56,478 nucleotides of DNA, taken from Patescibacteria group bacterium (GTDB taxonomy: Bacteria > Patescibacteriota > Microgenomatia > Daviesbacterales > UBA10151). Below are positions 37,690-47,704 of the stretch, in pieces. The stretch is from positions 1-56,478 of the forward strand of contig JAMCSY010000004.1 in the NCBI GenBank assembly GCA_023379125.1. The letters are read 5' to 3'. The notes beneath the pieces are model-generated. The model did no database searches. It was not told where the DNA came from and saw nothing but the letters and a program-made list of their open reading frames with translations. Within the stretch, counting starts at the first letter, position 1; each line of letters begins with the position of its first letter. The position numbers were made by a program, and so were the translations under genes.

Positions 37690-39462
37690 TTATTTTGCTG
37701 AATATTGCAGCTTATACATTTCTATTAATTCTTTTACTGTGGTGGCATCTTCCGCTTTCTTATCTGAGTCTCTGAATCTAACCAATCTGGGAAATCTTAA
37801 AGCAAAACCTGGTTCGTTTTCAGTCTTGCCTGCAGTATGGACTGGAGACCTGGTAATCTCATCTGCTAAAACTTCAATCACAATTTCTGGCTTAATCCAT
37901 ACACTAGGTACCAGGATGGAATTAACTCGAGCTGGCTTACGTTCCAGTTTTATTTTATCCGCTCTTTGATGAATCTCTCGCCACTCCTCATCAGACAAAC
38001 CAGTACCTATTTTAGAAACTGTCACAAACTCATCTTTTTGGGAATCATAAACCCCCACCAGTAGTGCCCCAGCTCCAAATTCTGCTCTTTTACCCCTTCC
38101 AAAAACATATCCTAAAATGACACAGTCAACAGTATCTTTAAGCTCTCCAGCAGAATGTCTTTTGAGCTTGACCCAATTAAAATTCCTCGCCCCTGCTTCA
38201 TATTTTGAATCAGGCTTTTTTAGGACTAAGCCCTCGAGGCCTTTAGTTAAAGCATCATTAAAAACTGTTTCAATCTTTTCCACCTCTTGAGTAAATTCAC
38301 CAGGCTGGGCAATTAGCACTCCATCACCAGAAACTGTCTGAGTCAGCTTCTCCATTCTATCGCGCAAACTCAAATCCACCAGAGATGTACCATTAAGATA
38401 CATCACGTCAAAGACAAAAGCTTTTAAAGGCAAGGCCTCAGCCATTTCTTCAACTTGGTACTTTCTTCTCCTTTTGGTAGTTTCCTGAAAAGGCAAAAAC
38501 TCCTCAGAATCTTTGTTGTAAGCCAAAGCCTCAGAATCAAAAATGGCTGTTTTAGCTTTGATTTGCTTTTTAACTCCTGCAATTACATCAGGCATCATGG
38601 CCGTAGTCTCTTCTAGATTTCTAGAAAAAAGACGAACCTGATCTCCATTTTTATGAATCTGTACTCGGAAACCGTCATATTTGTATTGCATATGGACTTC
38701 TCCACCCATTTTTTCCAAAATAGTTTTGGCATCAGGTAATCTCTCAGCTAGTTGTGATCTAATTGGTCTACCCACCTCTACGTCCAATTCCTCTACTGAT
38801 TTTAAATCGTTTTGGCACAAGGTTTGAGCAATTAAGCCTAGATCAGAGGTTTTATTATAAGCTGCTTCTAGAATTTTTCTATTTTCCCGACCACCAGCTC
38901 TCGCTTTTGCCAAACCATCTAGTACTGTGGGATCACCTATTCCTAATCTGGAAGTACCTAAAGGAATTCTGGCTAGATGTTTTGCTGAAGAAGCATTAAT
39001 TTGTTTCAGCAAGTCTGATAATATGTTGAGTTTTTTATCCACAGTCCCTTCGCCTGAGGTGCGCGCAATCTGTAAAAGTTGAGCAAAAACTTCTTTCACA
39101 GCAATATGCGAATCCGTGATCTTTGCTTGACTATTCAAATTTTGCGCAACTTTGCCTAAATCACCGATCTGTCCAAAACTACTCAGAACTTCCTCTTTTT
39201 CCACCCCATAGGCCTGAGCAATTGCCGCAGCTACCGATTTTTCCGCCATCCCAATCTCAACTGGTTCATAAAAAGGAGCTACCCTACCCTGAATTAAATA
39301 GACAATCTCTTTAATCTCCTCATCTTTAGCCTCATTAAACAGCTCAGCTAAAATATCAATTAAACTCAAGCGCGAGGAGGTTTCTTCTAATCTGTCCAGG
39401 TATTCTGCAAGCTTGGCAAAGGTCATCTTCTGGATTGTAACTGAAAGAGGTATCTCTGACAA
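37690..39462 (-). CDS. lig: ATP-dependent DNA ligase (Lig1/archaeal-type, with an N-terminal DNA-binding domain)
   Basis: Adenylation motif I KYDGFRVQIHK, plus EALAYN, EGLVLK and WVKLK motifs. Confidence 0.9.
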   Translation of the reverse strand: MSEIPLSVTIQKMTFAKLAEYLDRLEETSSRLSLIDILAELFNEAKDEEIKEIVYLIQGRVAPFYEPVEIGMAEKSVAAAIAQAYGVEKEEVLSSFGQIGDLGKVAQNLNSQAKITDSHIAVKEVFAQLLQIARTSGEGTVDKKLNILSDLLKQINASSAKHLARIPLGTSRLGIGDPTVLDGLAKARAGGRENRKILEAAYNKTSDLGLIAQTLCQNDLKSVEELDVEVGRPIRSQLAERLPDAKTILEKMGGEVHMQYKYDGFRVQIHKNGDQVRLFSRNLEETTAMMPDVIAGVKKQIKAKTAIFDSEALAYNKDSEEFLPFQETTKRRRKYQVEEMAEALPLKAFVFDVMYLNGTSLVDLSLRDRMEKLTQTVSGDGVLIAQPGEFTQEVEKIETVFNDALTKGLEGLVLKKPDSKYEAGARNFNWVKLKRHSAGELKDTVDCVILGYVFGRGKRAEFGAGALLVGVYDSQKDEFVTVSKIGTGLSDEEWREIHQRADKIKLERKPARVNSILVPSVWIKPEIVIEVLADEITRSPVHTAGKTENEPGFALRFPRLVRFRDSDKKAEDATTVKELIEMYKLQYSAK

Positions 39463-39482
39463 CTCTAGATTAGTTATATAAT
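39456..39482 (+). promoter_or_regulatory. Promoter-like cTGACA-15-TATAAT, 6 nt upstream of the ATG at 39489 (leaderless geometry)
   Basis: Plus strand reads CTGACA ACTCTAGATTAGTTA TATAAT CTAGTC ATG. The -35 element lies inside the divergent ligase gene. Confidence 0.45.
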
Positions 39483-39488
39483 CTAGTC

Positions 39489-40304
39489 ATGGATAACATT
39501 ACTGAAGCTCCCCAATCACCACAAACACCAGAAGATAAATATGGGATTATTGAGCAGAGGGAAATGCAAAGACTGGAAAAACTTTTTGAGGCGATTAGGA
39601 GTGGCGCGATCACTCGAGATAATCAAGCATCAATCATCGCCGCTGAAGTTCAGAGAAGAGTTAGCTATGAACGGCGTATAGATGCATCTTTGGAAGATCC
39701 GATGATGAAAGGTTTCTATACCAAAGAGCATTTCAAAAACCATGTTCAAAGAGTTATTGATGACATCAACGAGCAACATACAGTAGGTCGAGCTAAGGAC
39801 GTACCCTACAAGGGTGCAGTTTTAGTAATTGTAGATGTTGACCATTTGAAAGAGGTAAATGATCAACATGGACATCTTACTGGAGATGAGGTTTTGTTGG
39901 GAGTAGCGAATCAAATTAAAGCTATTATCAAAAGAAGGTCAGATGTTTTTGGTCGACAAAATAGCTCTACTGATGAAGAAACCGAAGGAATCAGAGGAAG
40001 ATTTGGTGGTGATGAGATAGTTTTACTATTAGACGATACTGATACTATGGGTGCTGCAAGAGTACTGGGTAAACTCGCACATAATCTACGCACCCAACCA
40101 ATTAAACTAGCCAATGGCCAAGAAATTACCCAAACAGCATCTATCGGAGCAACCGCTATTACTCCAGGTCAGACATTTGATGAGATATTTGAAAAAGCTG
40201 ATCAAGCAACCTATTTTTCCAAAACTCATGGCAGAGATCAGGTAACAATTTGGACTGAAGAAATTGGCAAACAATACGAGGCTATCCAGCCAGCACATAG
40301 CTAG
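39489..40304 (+). CDS. GGDEF-domain diguanylate cyclase
   Basis: RFGGDEIVLLL active site and VDVDHLKEVNDQHGHLTGDEVL. Confidence 0.85.
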   Translation: MDNITEAPQSPQTPEDKYGIIEQREMQRLEKLFEAIRSGAITRDNQASIIAAEVQRRVSYERRIDASLEDPMMKGFYTKEHFKNHVQRVIDDINEQHTVGRAKDVPYKGAVLVIVDVDHLKEVNDQHGHLTGDEVLLGVANQIKAIIKRRSDVFGRQNSSTDEETEGIRGRFGGDEIVLLLDDTDTMGAARVLGKLAHNLRTQPIKLANGQEITQTASIGATAITPGQTFDEIFEKADQATYFSKTHGRDQVTIWTEEIGKQYEAIQPAHS

Positions 40305-41361
40305 CTTTTTTGGTCCCACCAATCTTTTTAATCAAACCTTTTTGCTTCAAGAATTTCAACTCTCTTAAGACTGTATCATCAGAGTAATCAGGAAACATCT
40401 TCCTAAAATCTTTATTTTGCATAGCTTTATTCCTATTTAAATACTCCATAATTACCATCTGCCTTTCATTTAAAGCCACCTGTTCCCCTAACCTGTCTTT
40501 AACTCTGGCATCAACAGAGATTTTCTTGACTCTTTCCTTGGTATTATTTAGCTGAATGGCCACACCTTCTACAAAATACTCAAGCCACGGAGACAAATCA
40601 CGTTCCCGATTATCCATCACTAATTGATTAGAAACAGCTTGCAAAGTCACATAATAATCCATCGGACTGTTATCAAAATATTCCTCTAGTGAAAAGAATT
40701 TACGGATATCATAGCCTTCTAAAAACATCACCAAAGTAGCAATAGCCCTTGCAGCCCTCCCGTTACCATCAGTAAAAGGATGAATTCTTGATAACTCATA
40801 ATGAATAATGCCTGCTTTTAAAACTGGGTGTAAATCTTTACTATCTTCTCCATTAATCCAGCTCAGCAAATCTTCTACCAGGTAAGGAACTTCCGCAGCC
40901 GGTGGCGGAGTATAGGAAACCTGGCCAGTTTGAGAATTTTTTAAAACTACTTGTTTATCACGAAACTTACCAGCATGATCTTCAGGCAATACTCGATCAA
41001 CTGCTAACCGATGCACCTCTAAAATTGTTTCTAAAGTTAAATAATATTTTCGCCCTGAACCGATTCGACTGGCTATCTCATCGATAAAGCGCATAACGTT
41101 GCGATAGTTAATCACCTCTTGGACATCTCGATCACGAGCGATAATTTCTTGTCCATCCAAAACACCTTGCGCTTGCTCAAAAGTTAACTGATTGCCCTCC
41201 AGGTGAGTACCATGATGGACTGTTTTTTCTAGTGCTTCTCTTCTAAACTTAGCTTCCCAGGCTGGAATGAGAGGAGAGTTCAAAATCAGTTCGCGTGACG
41301 CTTCAATTACTCCAACGTTTTTTAATAGCTTTTGTGAGATAGTAAACTTGGGTACAAACAT
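40282..41361 (-). CDS. Fic-family protein (AMPylase-type) with a C-terminal winged-helix region
   Basis: HPFTDGNGRAARA Fic motif. The track start at 41415 is TTG. The ATG at 41361 (MFVPKFTISQ...) is preferred. Confidence 0.85.
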   Translation of the reverse strand: MFVPKFTISQKLLKNVGVIEASRELILNSPLIPAWEAKFRREALEKTVHHGTHLEGNQLTFEQAQGVLDGQEIIARDRDVQEVINYRNVMRFIDEIASRIGSGRKYYLTLETILEVHRLAVDRVLPEDHAGKFRDKQVVLKNSQTGQVSYTPPPAAEVPYLVEDLLSWINGEDSKDLHPVLKAGIIHYELSRIHPFTDGNGRAARAIATLVMFLEGYDIRKFFSLEEYFDNSPMDYYVTLQAVSNQLVMDNRERDLSPWLEYFVEGVAIQLNNTKERVKKISVDARVKDRLGEQVALNERQMVIMEYLNRNKAMQNKDFRKMFPDYSDDTVLRELKFLKQKGLIKKIGGTKKASYVLAG

Positions 41362-41485
41362 GAGCAGTAATCTTAAACTGTGCAGATTATTGCACAATTC
41401 CCGAAACTTGCGCAATAAGTCAAACTAGCTCAGATATAAACTTAATATTGCTGCTTGAGAAACTTTGACTTACAATACTCTCAAG

Positions 41486-41752
41486 ATGGCTAAAACAGAG
41501 GAAAAAGAGAAGGCTTTTCATGAAGAGCTAATTGGACAGTTGGTAACGCTTGCTACTTCAGGCTTTGGTTTGGTAGCAGCTCTGGCTTGGAACGCAGCAA
41601 TACAACAATTTGTCGGTGAATATATTGAACCTAGGATCCCTGGCTCGGGCATTCTTTCTCGTTTGATCTATGCCCTAATCATCACTTTTTTTGCTGTTTT
41701 GGTAACTTATCAATTAACTAAGCTTAGTGCCCGGATGCAAAGAAAAGACTAG
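41486..41752 (+). CDS. Small membrane protein (DUF5654-like)
   Basis: The track start at 41465 is TTG. ATG at 41486 lies 9 nt after a TACAAT box. Two hydrophobic helices. Confidence 0.55.
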   Translation: MAKTEEKEKAFHEELIGQLVTLATSGFGLVAALAWNAAIQQFVGEYIEPRIPGSGILSRLIYALIITFFAVLVTYQLTKLSARMQRKD

Positions 41753-42819
41753 CTTACCAGCTTGCCTTCTTCCACTTTAAACACTTGTATTGAACTCATA
41801 AACTGATTTGGTAAATTTTCAGTCTCGACGGCGGAGATTAAAGTTTGTTGCCGACCAATGGCTTGAATCACAAAGTCCTGATGCGCCCTGTCAAGTTCAG
41901 AAAAAACATCGTCAAGTAGTAAGATCGGTGAAATATTTTTAACTTGTCTAACATATAGTAATTCAGCTAGTTTTAACTCCAGCACCGCGGTACGCTGTTC
42001 ACCTCTGGAGCCAAAAAAAGCTAAATTCTGTCCTGCTAACTGAAAAGTAAAATCATCGCGATGAGGTCCGACTAAAGACTGGCCAGCTGCTACTTCTCGA
42101 CTCAGATATTGGGTGACTCTGGCAGTGGAAATTTCACTGGCTTGATAATTAAAAGTAAATTTGCCCAAACTACCATTTTCTCTACTGTTAATCACCTGAA
42201 AAAAATGTTCTCTTTTCTCAGTAATAACCTTACCTGAGTCAATCATCTGTTCAGTCCAAAATTCTAACTGATCAGTAGTAGCTAATCCTTCTTTAATATT
42301 TTTTAAAACCCTGTTTTTGGCAGTTAGTGCTTGGGTATAGATATTCATGGCTGATTTGTAAGTTTTATCTACTTGAGCCAAAGACAGGTCAAGATGCCAA
42401 CGCCTTAGCGAGGGTGAACTTGTCACTAGATTGATATCTTCTGGAGCAAAGGAGATCGCCACTAAATTACCAATATAATCAGTCGAGCGTCGAGGTACAC
42501 CGTTGACTCTGACTCTTTTTTCGATCACCTCACTATTACCAGGATCTTTGTGTTGCATATATATTTCCAGGGCAGTAGTTTCAGGTTCTAAGTCTGACTG
42601 CACTACTCCCTCAACTCGGAGGTAATTTTTTTTATACTGGACTAGCTGAGCGTCTTTGTCAGCCCGGGAAGATTTGGTAGTAGCTAAAAAATAAGCAGAC
42701 TCTAAAAGATTAGATTTACCTTGAGCATTTTTGCCAATAAATAGAGTTACCGGAGCAAAATCAATCGACAGTGCACTGAGATTACGGAAATGAGTTAGGC
42801 TGATTTTTTTGAGAAACAT
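41749..42819 (-). CDS. recF: DNA replication and repair protein RecF
   Basis: Walker A motif FIGKNAQGKSNLLE, signature GSRGEQRT, and Walker B motif ILLLDDVFSELD. Confidence 0.9.
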   Translation of the reverse strand: MFLKKISLTHFRNLSALSIDFAPVTLFIGKNAQGKSNLLESAYFLATTKSSRADKDAQLVQYKKNYLRVEGVVQSDLEPETTALEIYMQHKDPGNSEVIEKRVRVNGVPRRSTDYIGNLVAISFAPEDINLVTSSPSLRRWHLDLSLAQVDKTYKSAMNIYTQALTAKNRVLKNIKEGLATTDQLEFWTEQMIDSGKVITEKREHFFQVINSRENGSLGKFTFNYQASEISTARVTQYLSREVAAGQSLVGPHRDDFTFQLAGQNLAFFGSRGEQRTAVLELKLAELLYVRQVKNISPILLLDDVFSELDRAHQDFVIQAIGRQQTLISAVETENLPNQFMSSIQVFKVEEGKLVS

Positions 42820-42859
42820 TGTTCCCCATCATACCCTAATTTGAGGATTTTTTGAAAGA

Positions 42860-44230
42860 TCAAATGTCCCAATGTCCACCACCTAAAAATTCTTTAATTC
42901 TGGGAGTAAGTTGGCCTTCATGAAAAAACATCTTAGGATGATGAGCCACTGAGCCAATAAAAACCACAAATAATCCAATGGCAACAAAAATTGGTGTGAC
43001 CCCAAAAATATCAGATAAACCTCCAGCGAGGATAATTGGGATTGCTGACACACCTGTCATAAACACCCCCAAAACTGCAAAAATCTTACCACGATCTTTT
43101 TCTGGGGTGTTTTCTTGAATGACAGTTTGACAAGGAATAGCCACCGAGACCATTGATAATCCTAACAGAAATGCCAAGATGCCAAAAAAGAATGAAAGCG
43201 AAGGTGCCATAAAGAAATAGCGCGGATGGCGAATTCTAACTGGTTCAGTCACCTGTAAAAGATGTGCTAAAGTAGGCGCAATCCCCATTAAAATAAAAAC
43301 CACGCCAGCAGCTAAGATTGCTGGAATCACGACAGCCCTTCTGGGTACTCCATGAAAATATCTACCTAGCAGTAATGCCCCAATAATCATTCCACAACCC
43401 AAGGGTAACATCACAAAATAAGAAGCATCGGTTGCATTAACTAGCAAAACTCTTTCCAAATAATCAGGCATCATTACTGCCAACATGCCAATAATTCCTT
43501 GAATTACCCCCATCAAAAAGATAGCTACCGCTACATTTAGCTTGCTTCTAATAAAACGCAGCATTTGTCTGGCTTCGCTAAAAGTCAAATCTAGTAATTG
43601 TTGTAAGCTTTTTATTAACTGATTTCTGGCTAGTTGATGAGGATTCTGTACTTGAATTACTGGTAGCTTTTGTGACAACAGGAACGCTGCAAACAATATT
43701 ATTCCACCAAAAATATAGACACTATCTATACCAAAAAGCTGTAGCATTGGTCCCGAGATAGTAAAACCTGCCATCAGCGCAGCATAAAGTGTCAGAGAAA
43801 ACAACGAATTAGCGATAATCAATTGTTTACGAGACACCAGCATCGGAATCGAAGAACTTTCTGAGGGCATAAAAAATTGAGCCAGTGAGTTAATAATAAA
43901 AGTATCTACTAAAATCCCAACCAGTGATTGTTTCACCAGCAAAAGCATTAAAAAGGCCACGGCCAGCAAAAAATCAACTGTCAAAATTATCTTCCGCCGA
44001 TCTACCATATCGACAAATACCCCAGCCAATAGTCCAAAAATTATGGTTGGGGTATAAATTGCTAACATCAATGCCGAGATTGCTAGGTTGGCATGGGTAA
44101 GTCTAAAAACCCAAACTATTAAAGCAAAGTTGAGCGTATTGTAGGCTAGCTGAACTAGGATTTGATTAAACCATAAATGACGGAAGCCAAGGTTACTGAT
44201 AACCGAGCTAAAGTTAGTTTGATCCTGCAT
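42860..44230 (-). CDS. MFS-type transporter
   Basis: About 12 hydrophobic helices and the loop motif GVFVDMVDRRK. Confidence 0.75.
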   Translation of the reverse strand: MQDQTNFSSVISNLGFRHLWFNQILVQLAYNTLNFALIVWVFRLTHANLAISALMLAIYTPTIIFGLLAGVFVDMVDRRKIILTVDFLLAVAFLMLLLVKQSLVGILVDTFIINSLAQFFMPSESSSIPMLVSRKQLIIANSLFSLTLYAALMAGFTISGPMLQLFGIDSVYIFGGIILFAAFLLSQKLPVIQVQNPHQLARNQLIKSLQQLLDLTFSEARQMLRFIRSKLNVAVAIFLMGVIQGIIGMLAVMMPDYLERVLLVNATDASYFVMLPLGCGMIIGALLLGRYFHGVPRRAVVIPAILAAGVVFILMGIAPTLAHLLQVTEPVRIRHPRYFFMAPSLSFFFGILAFLLGLSMVSVAIPCQTVIQENTPEKDRGKIFAVLGVFMTGVSAIPIILAGGLSDIFGVTPIFVAIGLFVVFIGSVAHHPKMFFHEGQLTPRIKEFLGGGHWDI

Positions 44231-44270
44231 AAATTCAGGTGGACATTAGATTATATACCAGAAAAGAAAG

Positions 44271-45125
44271 TTAATGTTGACAAGAGGGGCAGTAAAAAGT
44301 GCTCCTACCTGCCTGGGTGATTCTTTTAACTTCCCCTGGGCAGTCATGACAAGCCTGACCTTCACGATTGTACACATGAGCAAAATCTAAAAAACGACCT
44401 TTTTTACCCTGTGCATCCACAAAATGAGTCCTAGTAGAACCACCATATTTAATTGATAAATTCAAAGCATCTTTGATCGCTTTATCAAGCTGTTGGAAAT
44501 CTTTATCAGACAAACGATTAATTTTCCTCTTAGGATCAATCCTGGCTAAAAATAAACTCTCAGAAGCATAAATATTACCAATTCCAGCTACACTCGCTTG
44601 ATCCATTAAAGCTACTTTAATGGGAATTTGAGGATGTTTACTTAGTCTATCTTTTAAGACTTCCCAAGTAAAACTTTTTTCCAGAGGTTCTGGGCCTAAA
44701 GCTTGTAACTCCTTTTGCTCATTCAGTTTGGCAGTTGGCAGCAGTTTAACCCAGCCAAATTTTCTTTGATCATTAAAATAGAGCGTTTGGGACTTACTCA
44801 AATAAAAAATAACCCTAGTAGCTTTATTGGGCATTTGTCCTGCCATATCCAGAGTTGGGTGCCCACCAATCAACCTTTGATGATCATAGACTAAAATTAG
44901 CTGTCCACTCATTTTTAGATGAATTAGTAAGCTTAAGTCATTATCCAAATCAATTCCTAACATTTTGGCTCTACGCCAGACTTTAATAATTTTATGCCCT
45001 TCTACCAAAGAGGTCTGAGCAGGAAAGCTTTTTTTATTTAGCACCTCTACCCTAGTAATGGATAAACCCACAATCTTTTTCTCCAAACCTCTTTTAATTG
45101 TTTCTACTTCTGGTAACTCAGGCAT
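44271..45125 (-). CDS. mutM: Formamidopyrimidine-DNA glycosylase
   Basis: The N-terminal MPELPEVET and the C-terminal zinc finger C..C...C..C (CHDCPGEVKRITQAGRSTFYCPSC). Confidence 0.9.
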   Translation of the reverse strand: MPELPEVETIKRGLEKKIVGLSITRVEVLNKKSFPAQTSLVEGHKIIKVWRRAKMLGIDLDNDLSLLIHLKMSGQLILVYDHQRLIGGHPTLDMAGQMPNKATRVIFYLSKSQTLYFNDQRKFGWVKLLPTAKLNEQKELQALGPEPLEKSFTWEVLKDRLSKHPQIPIKVALMDQASVAGIGNIYASESLFLARIDPKRKINRLSDKDFQQLDKAIKDALNLSIKYGGSTRTHFVDAQGKKGRFLDFAHVYNREGQACHDCPGEVKRITQAGRSTFYCPSCQH

Positions 45126-45193
45126 ATCGGAGCCGCTGCCACTTATGCCTTGATCCAGCGGCGAGATCAGGCGAGATCACTTGCAAAAGTAAT

Positions 45194-46327
45194 CTAAATG
45201 ATTGTTTTTGACAAGGGCATCCTGTTAACTGTTTTTTTAATGAGCTCTAGGATTGCTTTTTCAAACCTACTTTCTGAAAAGTTTTCAGCCTGTCTATGAC
45301 AATCTTTAGCCATGAATTTTTTATCATCAAATTTTTCTAAAACTTGTATCAGAGCTTGAACTGTGACTGGGTTAAAAAATAAGCCAGTTTTACCTTCTAC
45401 AACAGTTTCCTTAAAACCTCCTGCTTGGGGAGCAATAACTGGGGTACCAGAAGCCATTGATTCTACTGGCACAATCCCAAAGTCTTCATCTTCCGAAGCC
45501 ACAATAGTAGCTTTTGCTCCAGCATATAAAGCTGGTAATTCTTCATCTTTGACTTGTCCTAAAAATTCTATCGTCGGCCCAGTCAGTTTTTTTAAATTTT
45601 CCAGTTCAGGCCCATCTCCAACCACTTTTAAAGGTAGTTTTAATTTAGTACAAGCTGTCACAATTACATCTATCCCTTTGCCCCGAACTAGCCGCCCCAC
45701 TGATAAGTAATAACTTTTTCGATTCTTATTTCTAAGATCAGTAACTTTAAATCTCTCAGTATCAACTGGTGGATAAATTACCACTGCCTTCCGCCGATAA
45801 AACTTGGCAATTCTTCCGGCCACATTTTCTGAGTTAGCTACCAAAATATCTGGTTTTTGTGAGGTCTCAAAATCAATCAATCTTAAAAAATGATTAGCTA
45901 TTTCCCCACCAACTTTAGTCAACCAATGCTTCTGGTAATTATAGGAGGTAGTGTAGCCATACAAGTATCGGGGTGGTGTGTGGATATAGCTAATATGCAA
46001 GCTTCCAGGTTTTACTTTGACAGCCTTGGCAAAATAAATCGCACAGGAAGAAATAACTACATCATATGAAGATAAGTTAAAGCCTTGAAAAGCTGAAGCA
46101 GCCAAAATCCTTAAGGGAGAAATCAGTTTGCCTGCCAAGGGTAAGTTTTGCAGCCAAGAAGTTTTAATTTCCCAGCCTGTAAATTCCTTTTTTTGCTCAC
46201 CCAAAGAGTCTAAATTAGCATAGGCTGTATAGAGAGGAGCTTCCGGAAAAATTTTATGCAAAGCTAGCAATACTCTTTCTGCCCCACCAAATTCCTTAAG
46301 ATAATCATGAACGATAGCTATTTTCAC
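45194..46327 (-). CDS. Glycosyltransferase family 4 (GT-B fold)
   Basis: EDFGIVPVESMASGTPVIA motif. Confidence 0.85.
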   Translation of the reverse strand: MKIAIVHDYLKEFGGAERVLLALHKIFPEAPLYTAYANLDSLGEQKKEFTGWEIKTSWLQNLPLAGKLISPLRILAASAFQGFNLSSYDVVISSCAIYFAKAVKVKPGSLHISYIHTPPRYLYGYTTSYNYQKHWLTKVGGEIANHFLRLIDFETSQKPDILVANSENVAGRIAKFYRRKAVVIYPPVDTERFKVTDLRNKNRKSYYLSVGRLVRGKGIDVIVTACTKLKLPLKVVGDGPELENLKKLTGPTIEFLGQVKDEELPALYAGAKATIVASEDEDFGIVPVESMASGTPVIAPQAGGFKETVVEGKTGLFFNPVTVQALIQVLEKFDDKKFMAKDCHRQAENFSESRFEKAILELIKKTVNRMPLSKTII

Positions 46328-46346
46328 AGGTAAATTGTATCAGAAA

Positions 46347-47066
46347 TTACTTCCTGCCGGTGAGTAATTTTCTTTGAGTTTCTCGAAGAGCAACCTTGGG
46401 TAAACTATCAGCATTTTTAGCTAAATATTCTTTAACTGTCTGTTTATGCTGAGTTATCAAACTCCTTAAAAGCCAAGAGACTGCTTTGGTAATTAAAATA
46501 TCTTGGCTGGATTTTAATTTTTCAATATTTACAAAAGCTATATTTGCTAGTTTGGGGTCTACTGATTGCCTAACGGGTTTAACCAGTAACACCAAGCTGG
46601 CCCTTTGCTTAACAGGATTTTTATCTTTCACTAAATTTTGCAGTAGTTTTTCCCACTTACCCCACTGCTCTAAAAAATCCTGAGCACTCCAAGGTCCAGC
46701 ACACAAAGTATCTATTTCTGCCCAACCTTCCAGAGTTTCTAACCACTGATCTAAAATACTAGGATCCAAAACAACCCGCAGTTGTGGTAAATATTCCAGC
46801 AAGAAACTGGGTAGAGTTTTTTCTTCATAAGAGCAAGATTGGTATAAGCTGCTCAATAAATCAACCACCTCAGCAGCTTGCTGAGTTTTTAATTTTTTAG
46901 CCCAGTCTTTGGCAATTTGGCGCTGCTGTGGATTAGATAGACGATAAAGCTGATGTGTTGTTCCTAGATATTTGCCTAAATTAAATTCTAAATCGCGGGC
47001 TGAGCAGTGATTGCTTTGAGAAACTTTCTGAATATCTTTCAAGATCTCTCTTTGAAGATTAGCCAT
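46347..47066 (-). CDS. DNA alkylation repair (AlkD-like HEAT repeat) protein
   Basis: Length and helical-repeat pattern, plus ITKAVSWLLRSL, fit the family. Confidence 0.55.
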   Translation of the reverse strand: MANLQREILKDIQKVSQSNHCSARDLEFNLGKYLGTTHQLYRLSNPQQRQIAKDWAKKLKTQQAAEVVDLLSSLYQSCSYEEKTLPSFLLEYLPQLRVVLDPSILDQWLETLEGWAEIDTLCAGPWSAQDFLEQWGKWEKLLQNLVKDKNPVKQRASLVLLVKPVRQSVDPKLANIAFVNIEKLKSSQDILITKAVSWLLRSLITQHKQTVKEYLAKNADSLPKVALRETQRKLLTGRK

Positions 47067-47583
47067 TTTTCTCCTGTTGTCTAACTATCTCATACAGAGC
47101 AATTGCGGTGGCTACGGAAACATTATAACTTTCTGTTAATCCAGACATTGGTAAATAAACCATCTTATCAACCAGAGCTTTAACTTCCTCAGAAACTCCT
47201 ACTGCCTCATTACCCACCACTAAAGCAATTTTACCAGCAAAATCAACCGCCCAAACTTTTTCTGCCTGTGGATCAACTATTGTGGCAACGATGGCAAATC
47301 CGCTCTTTTTTAAACGATTAAGCTCTTTAGTAGCATTGGTGGCAAACGTCAGATTTAGCCACTTTATAGCCCCTTTGGAAGTGTTTTTTGATAGTTTAGG
47401 AGTCTTTTCTTTTGAGTGCAAGATCACCACTTCCCCCACCCCAAATCCTTCAGCTGAGCGCAAAATAGCAGAGATGTTTAACTCCTCTGACAAATTATCT
47501 AATACCAAGCAAAGATTTTTCCTTCTTTGCTGGAATGTTTTGCTTATTCGTTCTTGCCTAGTCAAATCTGAATCTTGTTTCAT
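47059..47583 (-). CDS. TrmH/SpoU-family RNA methyltransferase (second copy in the window)
   Basis: LDNLSEELNISAILRSAEGFGVGEVVIL, VVGNEAVGVS and LPMSGLTESYNVSVA. Confidence 0.8.
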   Translation of the reverse strand: MKQDSDLTRQERISKTFQQRRKNLCLVLDNLSEELNISAILRSAEGFGVGEVVILHSKEKTPKLSKNTSKGAIKWLNLTFATNATKELNRLKKSGFAIVATIVDPQAEKVWAVDFAGKIALVVGNEAVGVSEEVKALVDKMVYLPMSGLTESYNVSVATAIALYEIVRQQEKNG

Positions 47584-47704
47584 CTTTCCGATTTTACTTA
47601 AATTAGGTTAGTTATCGCAACTTACTTAATGTCTTGTCCAGCCCTACAGATACAACTTCATCCCAGTATGTGGTATATTCATCTTAAGATAGAATAATAA
47701 ATTA

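Noticed and set aside
41415-41465. Track start codons at 41415 (Fic) and 41465 (small membrane protein). The same applies to 36004 (pth), 37343, 7678 and 12749.
   Set aside because: Five of them are TTG/GTG starts and 37343 is an ATG. All lie within or too close to the -10 box of the predicted promoter. Nearby downstream ATGs fit the promoter spacing, and where paralogs exist they also fit the alignment.
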